IMG/VR virus record: IMGVR_UViG_3300043786_001636
Coordinates: 1 to 57,007 of that record
Direction: 5' to 3' (one strand)
Source of the DNA: a virus
Taxonomy: Duplodnaviria; Caudoviricetes
DNA length: 57,007 nucleotides
Shown here: positions 35,509 to 44,710 of the stretch, piece by piece
Numbering within the stretch: the first letter of the stretch is position 1
Layout: every line of letters starts with the position of its first letter
Translations under genes and position numbers: made by a program
Notes under the pieces: model-generated
Told to the model about the DNA's origin: nothing
The model's input: the letters and a program-made list of their open reading frames with translations, nothing else
Database searches by the model: none

Positions 35509-36612
35509 ATGCTGAAACCCGGAGAGGTCCACATCCGCGAAATTGGTCCCGGCACAGACAAATTTGACCGAGGCTACAGAGCGGTTGCAACCTTTCGGGC
35601 AAAGAAGAAACGGAAGACGAAATATTTCGCGTCCTTGCGTCAGGCGAAGCTTTGGGCGACGCAATGGCAAGCGCAGGTCATGGCTTCTGGGGCCGCCACC
35701 CCACTGAGCGTTGAGGAGGTTGCGGCAGTGGCGTCGGCCCGCGCAGAAATCGCCGCTTTAAAAAGCACGCTTTCCGAAGTCATCGATGCTGGACTGCCTA
35801 TCGTTCGGGCGCGCAGACTCGGGATCAGCGTGGCGAATTTGGCAGATTTGCGCATAAACAACATGAGATCGCAGGGCGGCAGCAAAGCGCATCTCGCAAA
35901 CTCCATTGCGAGGTTGCACAAATTTGCACAAGCGTTTGGGTCGCGGTCGGCAGCTTTGCTGAGCACAGCAGAAATCGATGCGTGGCTCACTGCGTTGCCA
36001 TGCTCACCGCGGACTCGATTTAATTTCCGGGACTCCATCAGCGCAATGTACGCAAACGGAATCCGCCTCGGACTGCTTGAGCAAAACCCCGTGGTCCGAA
36101 CTCTGCGACCCATTCTGCGGCAAGGGAAGATTGCCATTTTTACGCTGCCTCAGGTCCGCACGTTGCTGAGGATTGCGCCGACCGTCAACGGTTTGGGCTA
36201 CGTCGTGCTGGGTTTGTTTGCCGGCTTGCGGTCCTCTGAAACCATGCGGTTGAAACCAACCGATTTTGGCCCCGGGTGGGTGCGCATTGAATATGGCAAG
36301 ACGCGCGGATCGCGGCGCGTCGTCCGTCTCAATGAGACAGCCTTGGCTTGGTTGCCAGCCGACCCGCTGGCCGACCACGGCGACAAACGCCGCATCAAAC
36401 TGCATGCAGCCATGCCCTTCCCGTGGCCGATCAACGGATTGCGTCACTCGTTTGCCTCCTACCACTTGGCGCATTTTCGCGACCTTACCACGCTCGCTGC
36501 GGACATGGGGTCGTCGCCCGCGGTTGTGCGGCGCGACTACGCCGAATTGGTTTCCCCAGCCGACGCCGCTGAATTTTGGGCATTGCGCCCAACCGATTCG
36601 ACGACTGAGTGA
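35509..36612 (+). CDS. int: Tyrosine integrase
   Basis: Arm-binding N-terminus, core-binding domain, and catalytic GLRSSE, KT, NGLRHSFASY and MGSS..RRDY motifs. Confidence 0.9.
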   Translation: MLKPGEVHIREIGPGTDKFDRGYRAVATFRAKKKRKTKYFASLRQAKLWATQWQAQVMASGAATPLSVEEVAAVASARAEIAALKSTLSEVIDAGLPIVRARRLGISVANLADLRINNMRSQGGSKAHLANSIARLHKFAQAFGSRSAALLSTAEIDAWLTALPCSPRTRFNFRDSISAMYANGIRLGLLEQNPVVRTLRPILRQGKIAIFTLPQVRTLLRIAPTVNGLGYVVLGLFAGLRSSETMRLKPTDFGPGWVRIEYGKTRGSRRVVRLNETALAWLPADPLADHGDKRRIKLHAAMPFPWPINGLRHSFASYHLAHFRDLTTLAADMGSSPAVVRRDYAELVSPADAAEFWALRPTDSTTE

Positions 36613-37277
36613 AAGACCTCCGGGTTGACGTCTTTGGCGGTCTCCAACAATGCCCGCAGGGTCGCCGGGTCAGACAACCAAGAAGGGTCGGTTTCCTCGG
36701 GCGCGGTCACCGCTTGGTGCTCAATCCGCTGCGCGGGGCGCCCGATGAGATACTCGGCGTAATACATCATAGCTTTGTGCCTGGCGGCCCAGTCAGGGAA
36801 TTCATGCTGCTCACCGTCCTTAGTCAGCATGACCTTGGTTGCCTGCAACATGGAGCGCATGGTTTGCGCGACCTCATGCACGCTCACCGCAGCGTCGAGG
36901 CTGGAGCTCAAGGCTTCGCCGGCGCGCTTGGGGTCAACGATGACAAGGGCCGGCGCCTCTGCAACAAGGCCGTTTGGCATATGTTGGCCGCCGTAGTCAA
37001 TCAACGTAGCTTGCCCGCTGGCGATCTTGCCGGCAATCGCACAGGCTTGCTTTTCTCCAAAAGCCCCGACGCACTCAACCGGGGTTTTGGGAGGAGGATC
37101 GCCTCGCTCTATAGCGTAGTAGGCAATGACCCAAGGGTCAGAGGTTCCCCGCAAAAGCCCTGCTTCCCGGGCCGCGGCGCCGTTGTAGACCACGACGCGG
37201 TCGAGCGAGGCCGCCACAATGCGTTCCCAGACCCATCCGGGGTCCGTCCTGTAGAGGTGCTGTTTTCGTGGTTTCAT
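36537..37277 (-). CDS. Hypothetical protein, possible terminase small subunit
   Basis: C-terminal PDWAARHKA..YLIGRPAQRIEH resembles TerS-like proteins. Coupled to the upstream regulator. Confidence 0.45.
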   Translation of the reverse strand: MKPRKQHLYRTDPGWVWERIVAASLDRVVVYNGAAAREAGLLRGTSDPWVIAYYAIERGDPPPKTPVECVGAFGEKQACAIAGKIASGQATLIDYGGQHMPNGLVAEAPALVIVDPKRAGEALSSSLDAAVSVHEVAQTMRSMLQATKVMLTKDGEQHEFPDWAARHKAMMYYAEYLIGRPAQRIEHQAVTAPEETDPSWLSDPATLRALLETAKDVNPEVFHSVVESVGRNAQNSAASAGETNSA

Positions 37278-37558
37278 TGAGCTAATGCGATTTTGAGGAG
37301 GTGCGTCATGACGACGCGCACGCTGGTCTTGTTGGTTTCCGCCAAAACCTGCACGGTTTCGCGCAACGCTTCGTTGCGAATGAACAATTGCGAAGGTTGC
37401 AGCGGCGCCGGCAATTCGCCGAGGCTTGGCGGCAAATGCTGCACTGCTGCGGCGCAATGATGGGCGACCCAATTTGCAAGTGGGCGCCCCTCGACGTCGG
37501 CTCGTTGTTGCGCTCGTTGCCGCATGGCAGATTCTACTTGGAAACTAATAATCTTCAT
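37274..37558 (-). CDS. Putative ribbon-helix-helix (tandem) transcriptional regulator
   Basis: Two RHH-like units (ISFQVES..RADVEGRPLANW and QLFIRNE..LAETNKTSV). Divergent from the MarR-like gene. Confidence 0.55.
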   Translation of the reverse strand: MKIISFQVESAMRQRAQQRADVEGRPLANWVAHHCAAAVQHLPPSLGELPAPLQPSQLFIRNEALRETVQVLAETNKTSVRVVMTHLLKIALAQ

Positions 37559-37670
37559 TGTTTAACAATTGACAAATCCAAAATGACAAGGCATTGGGTC
37601 AAATGTGCATCGCGCACATTTTTTGTCAAAACCCTTTGACTTGTAACGTAATTCAACCAGTCTTCAGAAA
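37559..37670. promoter_or_regulatory. Divergent promoter/operator region (candidate lysis-lysogeny switch)
   Basis: AT-rich, with several TTGACA/TGTCAA boxes and the inverted repeat AAATGTGC-N5-GCACATTT. Confidence 0.6.
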
Positions 37671-37979
37671 ATGGTATCAGACACGACAGTCGCGACAGTC
37701 GCACGGTTTCAGGTGCTGAAGAAAGCCGGAGTCAACAGCATCTCGTCAGCAACAGTTCTGTTGCTGACGGCGAAGCAGAAAAACGCTTCGCTCACAATGC
37801 TGTCCCGCCAAATCGGGCACACCACCGCAGCCATTACCGGCGTAGTCGATGCCCTAGAAAGGGCGGGATTGGTCACGAGGGTGACTTCTTGCTGCGACCG
37901 CCGAGTCACCCTGCTCGCCCTAACGCAAAAGGGCGAAGCTGTAATCGCTGAATTTTATGAAGACACCACCATCGCCTGA
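37671..37979 (+). CDS. MarR-family winged-HTH regulator
   Basis: LSRQIGHTTAAITGVVDALERAGLVTR...DRRVTLLALTQKG is a MarR signature. Confidence 0.85.
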   Translation: MVSDTTVATVARFQVLKKAGVNSISSATVLLLTAKQKNASLTMLSRQIGHTTAAITGVVDALERAGLVTRVTSCCDRRVTLLALTQKGEAVIAEFYEDTTIA

Positions 37980-38199
37980 AATCGTCGTGGACGATTTCGC
38001 CCCGGACCCTGACCTGCTGCAGTGGGTCGAACAAAGTCAAATTCTGCTGGGCAATCCCGGCAATCACAACCCTCACGCCCTCTACTTTTGGGGGCGCTAC
38101 ACGGAATCGCTTATGCAACGATTCGCCGATGACGAGGAAAATCTCGCGTTTATGGACGCGCACCTTGAGGAATTGCGAGAAGAAAGGAGGGTCGCGTGA
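37957..38199 (+). CDS. Hypothetical protein
   Basis: 80 aa, coupled to neighbours, with a GGAGG RBS for the next gene at its end. Confidence 0.6.
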   Translation: MKTPPSPEIVVDDFAPDPDLLQWVEQSQILLGNPGNHNPHALYFWGRYTESLMQRFADDEENLAFMDAHLEELREERRVA

Positions 38200-39023
38200 G
38201 CGAAATCATTCCCGTAGGCCAAGAGAAACTTCTCGCCGACACGATAATGCCGGGCGCATCGATGCCCGAGTTAAAATTTTTTGCAGAAGTGTGCAACCGG
38301 ATGGGGCTTGACCCTTTCCGGCGCGAAATCCACGCAGTGAAACGCCGCGTCCAAGAAGGCGGTTCGTGGGTGGAACGATACGTTTTCCAAACCGGCATCG
38401 ACGGGTATCGGAAACGGGCGGCGGGCACTGGAGCTTACGCAGGCTCCGATGTGATTACCGAACCAGCCGATGCACCGATCCCAGCCATTGCGCGGGCCAC
38501 AGTCTGGCGCATGGTTTCCGGCCAACGGGTGGCCTTCACGGCATCCGCTCGTTGGAGCGAATACGTTCAAACGTCCAGAGAAGGCAAGCCAACCGCGATG
38601 TGGGCCAAGATGCCCCACACGATGCTGGAGAAGGTGGCGGAGGCCAAGGCTTTGCGGCGGGCCTTCCCCGACGAACTCAGCGGTCTTTACGCAGAGGAGG
38701 AAATGCAACAGGCCAGCAACCCGCCGTCGGCCCCGGCAACTCCAGCCCCGGTTGACTTGGTTGCGACCGTCAATGCCGCCACTCCTAAGCCTCAGCCCGC
38801 ACCCGCCAAAGCTCCGGCTGCCGCGAACCGGAGCGAGGCCGAGGACCTCATCAACCGCCGCATGGAGGAGGATGGAATTTCGGAGTCCGCCCTCAACGCT
38901 TGGGTTGAAAGCCAAACCAAGGGCGCCGTGGATCGCTGGCAAGACCTCCCCGACAAGCACCTGTGTGCTTTGGCCGGAGATGCCAAATGGTCTCAATTCA
39001 CCTCAACCCTTCCTGCAGCATGA
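38196..39023 (+). CDS. bet: Single-strand annealing recombinase Bet/RecT
   Basis: GLDPFRREIH, TGIDGYRKRA and W.KMPHTMLEKVAEAKALRRAFP motifs. Confidence 0.9.
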   Translation: MSEIIPVGQEKLLADTIMPGASMPELKFFAEVCNRMGLDPFRREIHAVKRRVQEGGSWVERYVFQTGIDGYRKRAAGTGAYAGSDVITEPADAPIPAIARATVWRMVSGQRVAFTASARWSEYVQTSREGKPTAMWAKMPHTMLEKVAEAKALRRAFPDELSGLYAEEEMQQASNPPSAPATPAPVDLVATVNAATPKPQPAPAKAPAAANRSEAEDLINRRMEEDGISESALNAWVESQTKGAVDRWQDLPDKHLCALAGDAKWSQFTSTLPAA

Positions 39024-40162
39024 AGGAGGAACACGCATACCTCGCCCCGTTTTTTGCTCCGGGCGGCAAAAGCTGCCTGATCCCCGACATGCATGCCTCG
39101 GAATACCGGGCCGTCCCGGGGATCAACCCGAGCCTCGTGAAAAAAGTCCGCTCTTCGGGGCTCTACGCAGCCCTTGCGGACATGCGCCGGGAGGATCACC
39201 TCGCCCGGGGGTTGGCTGACCCCTACCTGTCGCTGCACAAGCGCAGCGAGGGCACGCCGGCCCACTTTGAGATCGGGACGTTGATCCATTCGCTGGTTCT
39301 TGAACCGGACAAAATTGACCGGGATTACGCTGTTGTGAGCGATTCCATGCTGCGTGACATCATGGCCGCCGCCAAGGGACGCCTCGCTGCGGAACTAGTT
39401 TACAATGCGAATTGGTCCGAGGCCAAGGCGTGGAAATCGGCGCACGGGGTCAACCCGGCAAGCGATGCCGAAAAGGCAGAGGTCATCGCGTCTCGCGTGG
39501 TCAACCTTCTCGCCGGGGAGAAAGCCAGCGAGCAACCGGAGTTCATTGCGTGGAGCGCAGAACAAAAAGCCATCAACAAAACGGTGATATGGCAATCGCG
39601 GCTGGATCAGATCCGCAACGTGGTTGACCGAGCCTTGTCCTACCCGGTCAACCGCCAGGTGTTTGAGTTGCTTGGCAATCAGGGGGCGCTTATTGAGCCA
39701 AGCATTTTTGGAGTCCTTGATGCGGCGCGGACCAAAGGACGGGCGGACTTCGTGACTGCTCCGGTCCTCGGGTCCGTGAAGACCTTGGGCAAAGGCAAGC
39801 GTCTGGAAGCGTTCGACCGTGAAACTGCTCTGTTGGGATACGATATCGCCGAGGGAGCCTACATCGGAATGCTCCGCGATTGCGGGGTCAAGATCGACTA
39901 CGTGGTCTATCTGGTCCTCGAAACGGAAATCCCCTACCGTTCAGTGAGTTGGGTTGAAAGCCTCAACGCCAGCGAAGGCAAGCGGTTCGAGTGGGGCGAA
40001 GACCAGTTCCGTCGAACGGTTGCTGAGATGGCAAAGGCGCACGAGACCGGCGTCCTCGATCCTATGCTGGCGAGCAATGTGCCGCTCCCGCTTCCCGACC
40101 CACGTCCTGGCTACCGTTGCCAATTTGAACCTGAACTTGAACCTGATCATGAAATCGATTGA
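39020..40162 (+). CDS. RecE/ExoVIII-like PD-(D/E)XK exonuclease
   Basis: EYRAVPGINPS, GTLIHSLVLEP, KGRAD..VKT and GYD..Y motifs; adjacent to bet. Confidence 0.8.
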   Translation: MKEEHAYLAPFFAPGGKSCLIPDMHASEYRAVPGINPSLVKKVRSSGLYAALADMRREDHLARGLADPYLSLHKRSEGTPAHFEIGTLIHSLVLEPDKIDRDYAVVSDSMLRDIMAAAKGRLAAELVYNANWSEAKAWKSAHGVNPASDAEKAEVIASRVVNLLAGEKASEQPEFIAWSAEQKAINKTVIWQSRLDQIRNVVDRALSYPVNRQVFELLGNQGALIEPSIFGVLDAARTKGRADFVTAPVLGSVKTLGKGKRLEAFDRETALLGYDIAEGAYIGMLRDCGVKIDYVVYLVLETEIPYRSVSWVESLNASEGKRFEWGEDQFRRTVAEMAKAHETGVLDPMLASNVPLPLPDPRPGYRCQFEPELEPDHEID

Positions 40163-40331
40163 GCAAACAAACTATTACCTCGCCATGCTCAGGCTGGGCG
40201 AAGTGCTGGAGGTCGTCGAGGAGTCTCTGAGCCTTGCAGAGACTCTCAGAGAACCGGAAGCCGCCGACATGGTGAGCTTGGCCAAGGGCATGGTTTTGAA
40301 CGCATTGACCATTATCAACGAAATCAAATGA
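40149..40331 (+). CDS. Hypothetical protein
   Basis: 60 aa, overlapping neighbours in the early operon. Confidence 0.55.
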   Translation: MKSIEQTNYYLAMLRLGEVLEVVEESLSLAETLREPEAADMVSLAKGMVLNALTIINEIK

Positions 40332-40576
40332 CGCTCTACACACACACCGAGCGCTTCGGCGCCACGCGGTTTTACGTTCGGATTGCAGACGGAATTCTTG
40401 TTGTCATGGACGATGACGAGGAAAGGCTCGTCCACGTTCCGCTCGGGACGAGCCACGATGATGCGACCCTGCAGGACGCGATTGCCGATGTCATCAATGC
40501 GGTTGCTGGCCGAGCGCGGCAAAACGCATTGGACGATGCGTGGGAGGCGGCCAGCAACGCGATTTCAGGTCTATGA
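40328..40576 (+). CDS. Hypothetical protein
   Basis: 82 aa, ATGA-coupled. Confidence 0.6.
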   Translation: MTLYTHTERFGATRFYVRIADGILVVMDDDEERLVHVPLGTSHDDATLQDAIADVINAVAGRARQNALDDAWEAASNAISGL

Positions 40577-40827
40577 ACACCATGAACACCGACACACCGT
40601 TGACGGACGGCTACGAGGGCGAATGCCCACTTGGGTTTCGCCCGGTCTCCTTCTGTCGGGAATTGGAACGGGAAAGAAACCGTCTGGAAGAAGACCGACT
40701 CTCCTTGCTGGAAGAGTTGGCTCTTCTGCGCGCGGAATCCAGTCGATTCCGGGCCGGGCTGCCGATGCGCGAGCCGCGCAAGGTAACCTCCATTGCGGAA
40801 CTCTTTGGAGAGTTGTTTGCGTCATGA
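40573..40827 (+). CDS. Hypothetical protein
   Basis: TDTPLTD..FCRELERE motif common in phage early genes; ATGA-coupled. Confidence 0.6.
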   Translation: MNTMNTDTPLTDGYEGECPLGFRPVSFCRELERERNRLEEDRLSLLEELALLRAESSRFRAGLPMREPRKVTSIAELFGELFAS

Positions 40828-41321
40828 AACTATACGACACCAACGAAACGGAAGACCTGTGGACCCTCGCCGAAGCGCGGGAAGCCGCGAAAGCCGGGAT
40901 GGAGCAAGCCGCCGAAACATGCGGCGACCCGTGGCTGGACTACGCGCACGGTTTCATCCTCGACCATTTGGACCGCCGCCAGTTTCTCCACGTTGATGAT
41001 TTGTGGGAGACGGGGCTTGACGTTCCGGCCAACCTCAAGGGACTTGGCCAAGTCATCGCTCGGCTGAAGCGCGAGGGGCACATTCAGCCGATTCGGATCG
41101 CAAACATCCCTCACGCCTTTGCGGCCCGCCCTTCGGTCCGAAGCAACGGGCAGGTGAAACTGGTCTGGAAATCGATGCGCTACCGAGGACCGATGCGGGA
41201 AGCTGGTGAGCTTCACGAGCTTTTAGCTGACATGCGGGAGGCGTTGACGGCGCTCATGCCGTCGGCCCCGGACAAAGATGCCGTGGCAAAGTTGATCGTG
41301 CGAGCGGGAGGGCAACCATGA
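40824..41321 (+). CDS. Hypothetical protein (winged-helix-like)
   Basis: ATG 40824 coupled to the upstream stop; LGQVIARLKREGHI..VWKS motif. Confidence 0.6.
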   Translation: MKLYDTNETEDLWTLAEAREAAKAGMEQAAETCGDPWLDYAHGFILDHLDRRQFLHVDDLWETGLDVPANLKGLGQVIARLKREGHIQPIRIANIPHAFAARPSVRSNGQVKLVWKSMRYRGPMREAGELHELLADMREALTALMPSAPDKDAVAKLIVRAGGQP

Positions 41322-41325
41322 ATTT

Positions 41326-41625
41326 ATGAAACCGATACGAATCAAAATCAATCTCAGCAAGCTCGACAAGGGCGCATTTTTCGAAAGCACATCCGGCGAC
41401 AAATGGCTCGACCTCGTGGCCTGGCCGACAAAAGAGAGTCGCTACGGCGAAACCCACTCCCTCAAACAAAGCTACCCAGCAGGAGACGATCGCGCGAAAG
41501 GTTCGCCGTTCGTCGGAAGTTTGACTTTGCCAGACGCTCAGCCATCCGGTCAGCCATCTACCCGTCAAGCCAGCCAGCCGATCCCGTTCGACCAACCCAC
41601 TCAAACCGATGACATCCCGTTCTAA
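41326..41625 (+). CDS. ssb: Single-stranded DNA-binding protein
   Basis: Short OB-like core, disordered linker and acidic DDIPF tail. Confidence 0.7.
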   Translation: MKPIRIKINLSKLDKGAFFESTSGDKWLDLVAWPTKESRYGETHSLKQSYPAGDDRAKGSPFVGSLTLPDAQPSGQPSTRQASQPIPFDQPTQTDDIPF

Positions 41626-41639
41626 AGCGACGGCGGTTG
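41603..41639. repeat. 37-bp direct repeat, copy 1
   Basis: AAACCGATGACATCCCGTTCTAAAGCGACGGCGGTTG; 35/37 identical to 42406-42442. Confidence 0.9.
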
Positions 41640-42415
41640 AGCCCTCAGGAAGGGTTTTATGCCGCTTCTCCTGCGGTGCCGCTTCCGCTGTCGCTACCAA
41701 GCTGGCAATTGAGAAATACGGCACGGTAGAAATCAACTACTCTGACACTGGCAGCGAACACCCAGACAATGCCCGATTCATCGCGGACTGCGAGCGATGG
41801 TTCGGCCAGAAGGTCACGATCACCAAAAGCGACAAATACCGCGACATCTGGGAAGTGTTCGAGAAAAAGCGGTTCCTCGTCTCGCACCAAGGAGCGCCAT
41901 GCACGGCTGAAATGAAACGCATTCCCGGCGATTCCGTTTGGACAATCGGCGACCGGGAGATTTTCGGGTATACCGTCGAAGAGCGCCATCGGGTGGAGCA
42001 ATGGAAGCGTCAGAATTTTGAGCGGATAATCGAGACCCCGCTGATTGAGCGAAACCTGACTAAAGAAGATTGTTTTGGCATCCTGGACCGCGTAGGAATT
42101 GAGCTTCCGGCGATGTATAAACTAGGGTTTCGTAATAACAACTGCATTGGATGCGTGAAGGCCCGCGACAATCTGGACTACTGGAAAAGGGTGCGGAAGC
42201 ATTTCCCCGAAATCTTCGAGCGCATGGCAAAGCTGGAAAGAGACATCGGAACGACAATCAACCGTATCACAAAGGCCGGGGAACGCTCGCCAATCTTCCT
42301 CGACGAAATCGAAGAAGGAGACCCGAAAGGCTTGGACCCGAACATCCAGTGCGGGTTGTTTTGCATGGCCGAGGCCGACCAATTTGACCGACCAGCAACC
42401 GACCGAAACCGATGA
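41609..42415 (+). CDS. PAPS-reductase-like PP-loop protein with an Fe-S-type Cys cluster
   Basis: FSCGAASA PP-loop variant, EHPDN.RF, PC, LGFRNNNCIGCVK and CGLFC motifs. Confidence 0.8.
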   Translation: MTSRSKATAVEPSGRVLCRFSCGAASAVATKLAIEKYGTVEINYSDTGSEHPDNARFIADCERWFGQKVTITKSDKYRDIWEVFEKKRFLVSHQGAPCTAEMKRIPGDSVWTIGDREIFGYTVEERHRVEQWKRQNFERIIETPLIERNLTKEDCFGILDRVGIELPAMYKLGFRNNNCIGCVKARDNLDYWKRVRKHFPEIFERMAKLERDIGTTINRITKAGERSPIFLDEIEEGDPKGLDPNIQCGLFCMAEADQFDRPATDRNR

Positions 42416-42442
42416 CATCCCGTTCTGAAACGACGGCGGTTG
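42406..42442. repeat. 37-bp direct repeat, copy 2
   Basis: AAACCGATGACATCCCGTTCTGAAACGACGGCGGTTG. Confidence 0.9.
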
Positions 42443-42610
42443 TTACCGGCCCGAAACTTTAATAAGAAACCCTGTTATTAAAGAAAACAAAACCAGATTT
42501 TAATGTAAATTGCTCCACTTGTTTCGTTGAGGCCAATCCAGTTTGACGAAAAGTTGCGCTCCTTTATTTTTAGAACCGCTTCGGCACTGCCGTTGCGAAG
42601 CATCGACTCG

Positions 42611-44710
42611 GTGAAAAGACTGTTTACAACAAGCCAACGGCTTGCCTTGGTTATCGCCCAAGGTGGGTGCTGCGCAATTTGCGGCGCTCGTTTGGATCGG
42701 ACCTTTCACGCCGATCATAGAATCCCTTTTTCCAAAGGCGGAAAAACGGAGCTTCGCAACGGACAGGCCGTTTGCGCGACCTGTAACCTCAAAAAATCAA
42801 ACAAAATGATTCAAGCCGAAGCTCTGCCTTCAGTTTATACGTTTAAATCTTTACCTGCTCACCGCTTCTGGCAGGATGAGTGCCTCAGTCAGTTTATCCG
42901 TCATGCGCACCGCGACGACGGGCAAAACTTTTCTATTATGGCATGGCCTGGAGCTGGGAAGACGCGCTTGGCTTTGGCGGCATTTCTGACGGCGCGGAAA
43001 CTCAAGCTGGTCAAAAAATGTCTGTGGGTGGTTCCCTCTACCACGCTGCGCATTGATATCGGCCGTGAAGATGGAGGGGGCAACCGGCGCGAGGATTGCT
43101 CTGACGCTGTGTGGGAAGGCAAGCATTCCTCCCCTCCTTGGGGAGTGAAGTGTAATGTCGGCAACGCGGCGATGAAGGCGATGGAAGCTTTCCAGACTGG
43201 TCACTGGCCCGGCGGGGATGACATCGCGCTGTGGGTGATAACCTACGGTCAGCTTCACGCAGAAGCCGATATGTTTGCCGCCCTATGTGGCGCTCATGAG
43301 ACGATGCTAATTCTTGACGAAGTCCACCACGTTCAAGATGAAGGCAAGTGGGGGCAGTCGGTGCGTATTGTGGGCGAAGAATGCGTTTTAAGAATCCCGA
43401 TGTCGGGGACGCTTTTTACTACGACCGGATCGCCGATCCCGTTTGTAAACTACGACGACGGGACCAATGACAACGGGCAAACCGTTCGGGTATTCAAGCC
43501 CAGCTATTCGTTCGGGATGTCCAAAGCGCTCAAGGCGCAGCCCGGAGAAATCACGCCATCCATCCGCCCCGTCACCTTTATCAAGGTCAACGGCGAGGGT
43601 GAGTTGATTCTGCGCAAACCTGGGAGCGGCGAACTCTATACCAAGACCATCGAGATCAGCGAAGATGGCAACGCATCGGAAAAGGTCTCCTATCTCCTGC
43701 ACCGCGATTCTGCCATGGTGGAAGTCATGTTGACGCAGGGGGTAAAGGAACTCAATCGCTACCGGAACGTCGAGATGGACGGCAGTGCTGGCGGACTGAT
43801 TGTCTGCAAGGATGGCGATCATGCGCGGGCTATCTGCGAGGTGTTGCGAACCAAGTTCAATGAAGAGCCGATTCTTGTGTTGCATGACACACCCGGATCG
43901 GCGGAAGCGATTTCTGATTTCAGGACCGGGCGCAACCGCTGGTTGGTCACGGTCCGAATGGTCTCCGAGGGCGTAGACATCCGGCGTTTGCGAGTGCTGG
44001 TCTATTTGACCAACTATATGACTCAGCTTTTTCTGATTCAGGTTTTGGGCCGGATTTGGCGCTGGGATCCAAAGCTCAACGGAGGGCAAGACGGGACCGC
44101 GATTATTTACGCGCATCCCCAGCTCATGAAGTGGGTCGCCGAAATGGAGGAGATGACCTACGAGGCCATTGTCAAAGAAGGCTCTGGGCCGGAAGGCGAT
44201 GACGACAACGAAAACGACGATCCTCCGTGGTGCGGTCCTGGGCCTGAGCGTCACGAGCTAATTGATGCCACGACTGCGGCCGAAATCGCAGGCGGCTACG
44301 TACAAGGCGGCGTTGACTACGATGAACTGATGCGGGTTGAAGCCAATGAGGTTCATGCGGCATTGAATACGGTCAATCCCGGGATTGGCATTAATACCAT
44401 TATCTCGGTATTAAAGGCCCGGAAGGTTGCTTCAGGTGAATTGTTTTCCTTGGTCGGCACCTCAAAGCAACCCACCCGCAGGCAAACAAATTTGGAAGCG
44501 TTGGTGGGGCGGGCAGCGTCCGAGATCCGCGCCAATCCCCCGGCCGATCTTGGGGAAGAGAATCCTTTTGCCTACGTCAATCGCAAGATTAACGCTCAAA
44601 TGGGCGTCTCTCAGTGGCGCGGCGAGATCGCCAGTCGTGCGGAATTTGATAAACGCCGCGACCTGCTCAAAACCATGCTCATTCGCCTGAAAGATGGAAG
44701 CTGGAACTGA
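42611..44710 (+). CDS. HNH endonuclease fused to an SF2 (Res/SSL2-like) helicase
   Basis: HNH motif CAICG..HADHRIPFSKGG..N..C..CN; helicase motifs PGAGKT, DEVHH, SGT, EGVD and QVLGRIWR. Likely GTG start at 42611. Confidence 0.85.
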   Translation: MKRLFTTSQRLALVIAQGGCCAICGARLDRTFHADHRIPFSKGGKTELRNGQAVCATCNLKKSNKMIQAEALPSVYTFKSLPAHRFWQDECLSQFIRHAHRDDGQNFSIMAWPGAGKTRLALAAFLTARKLKLVKKCLWVVPSTTLRIDIGREDGGGNRREDCSDAVWEGKHSSPPWGVKCNVGNAAMKAMEAFQTGHWPGGDDIALWVITYGQLHAEADMFAALCGAHETMLILDEVHHVQDEGKWGQSVRIVGEECVLRIPMSGTLFTTTGSPIPFVNYDDGTNDNGQTVRVFKPSYSFGMSKALKAQPGEITPSIRPVTFIKVNGEGELILRKPGSGELYTKTIEISEDGNASEKVSYLLHRDSAMVEVMLTQGVKELNRYRNVEMDGSAGGLIVCKDGDHARAICEVLRTKFNEEPILVLHDTPGSAEAISDFRTGRNRWLVTVRMVSEGVDIRRLRVLVYLTNYMTQLFLIQVLGRIWRWDPKLNGGQDGTAIIYAHPQLMKWVAEMEEMTYEAIVKEGSGPEGDDDNENDDPPWCGPGPERHELIDATTAAEIAGGYVQGGVDYDELMRVEANEVHAALNTVNPGIGINTIISVLKARKVASGELFSLVGTSKQPTRRQTNLEALVGRAASEIRANPPADLGEENPFAYVNRKINAQMGVSQWRGEIASRAEFDKRRDLLKTMLIRLKDGSWN

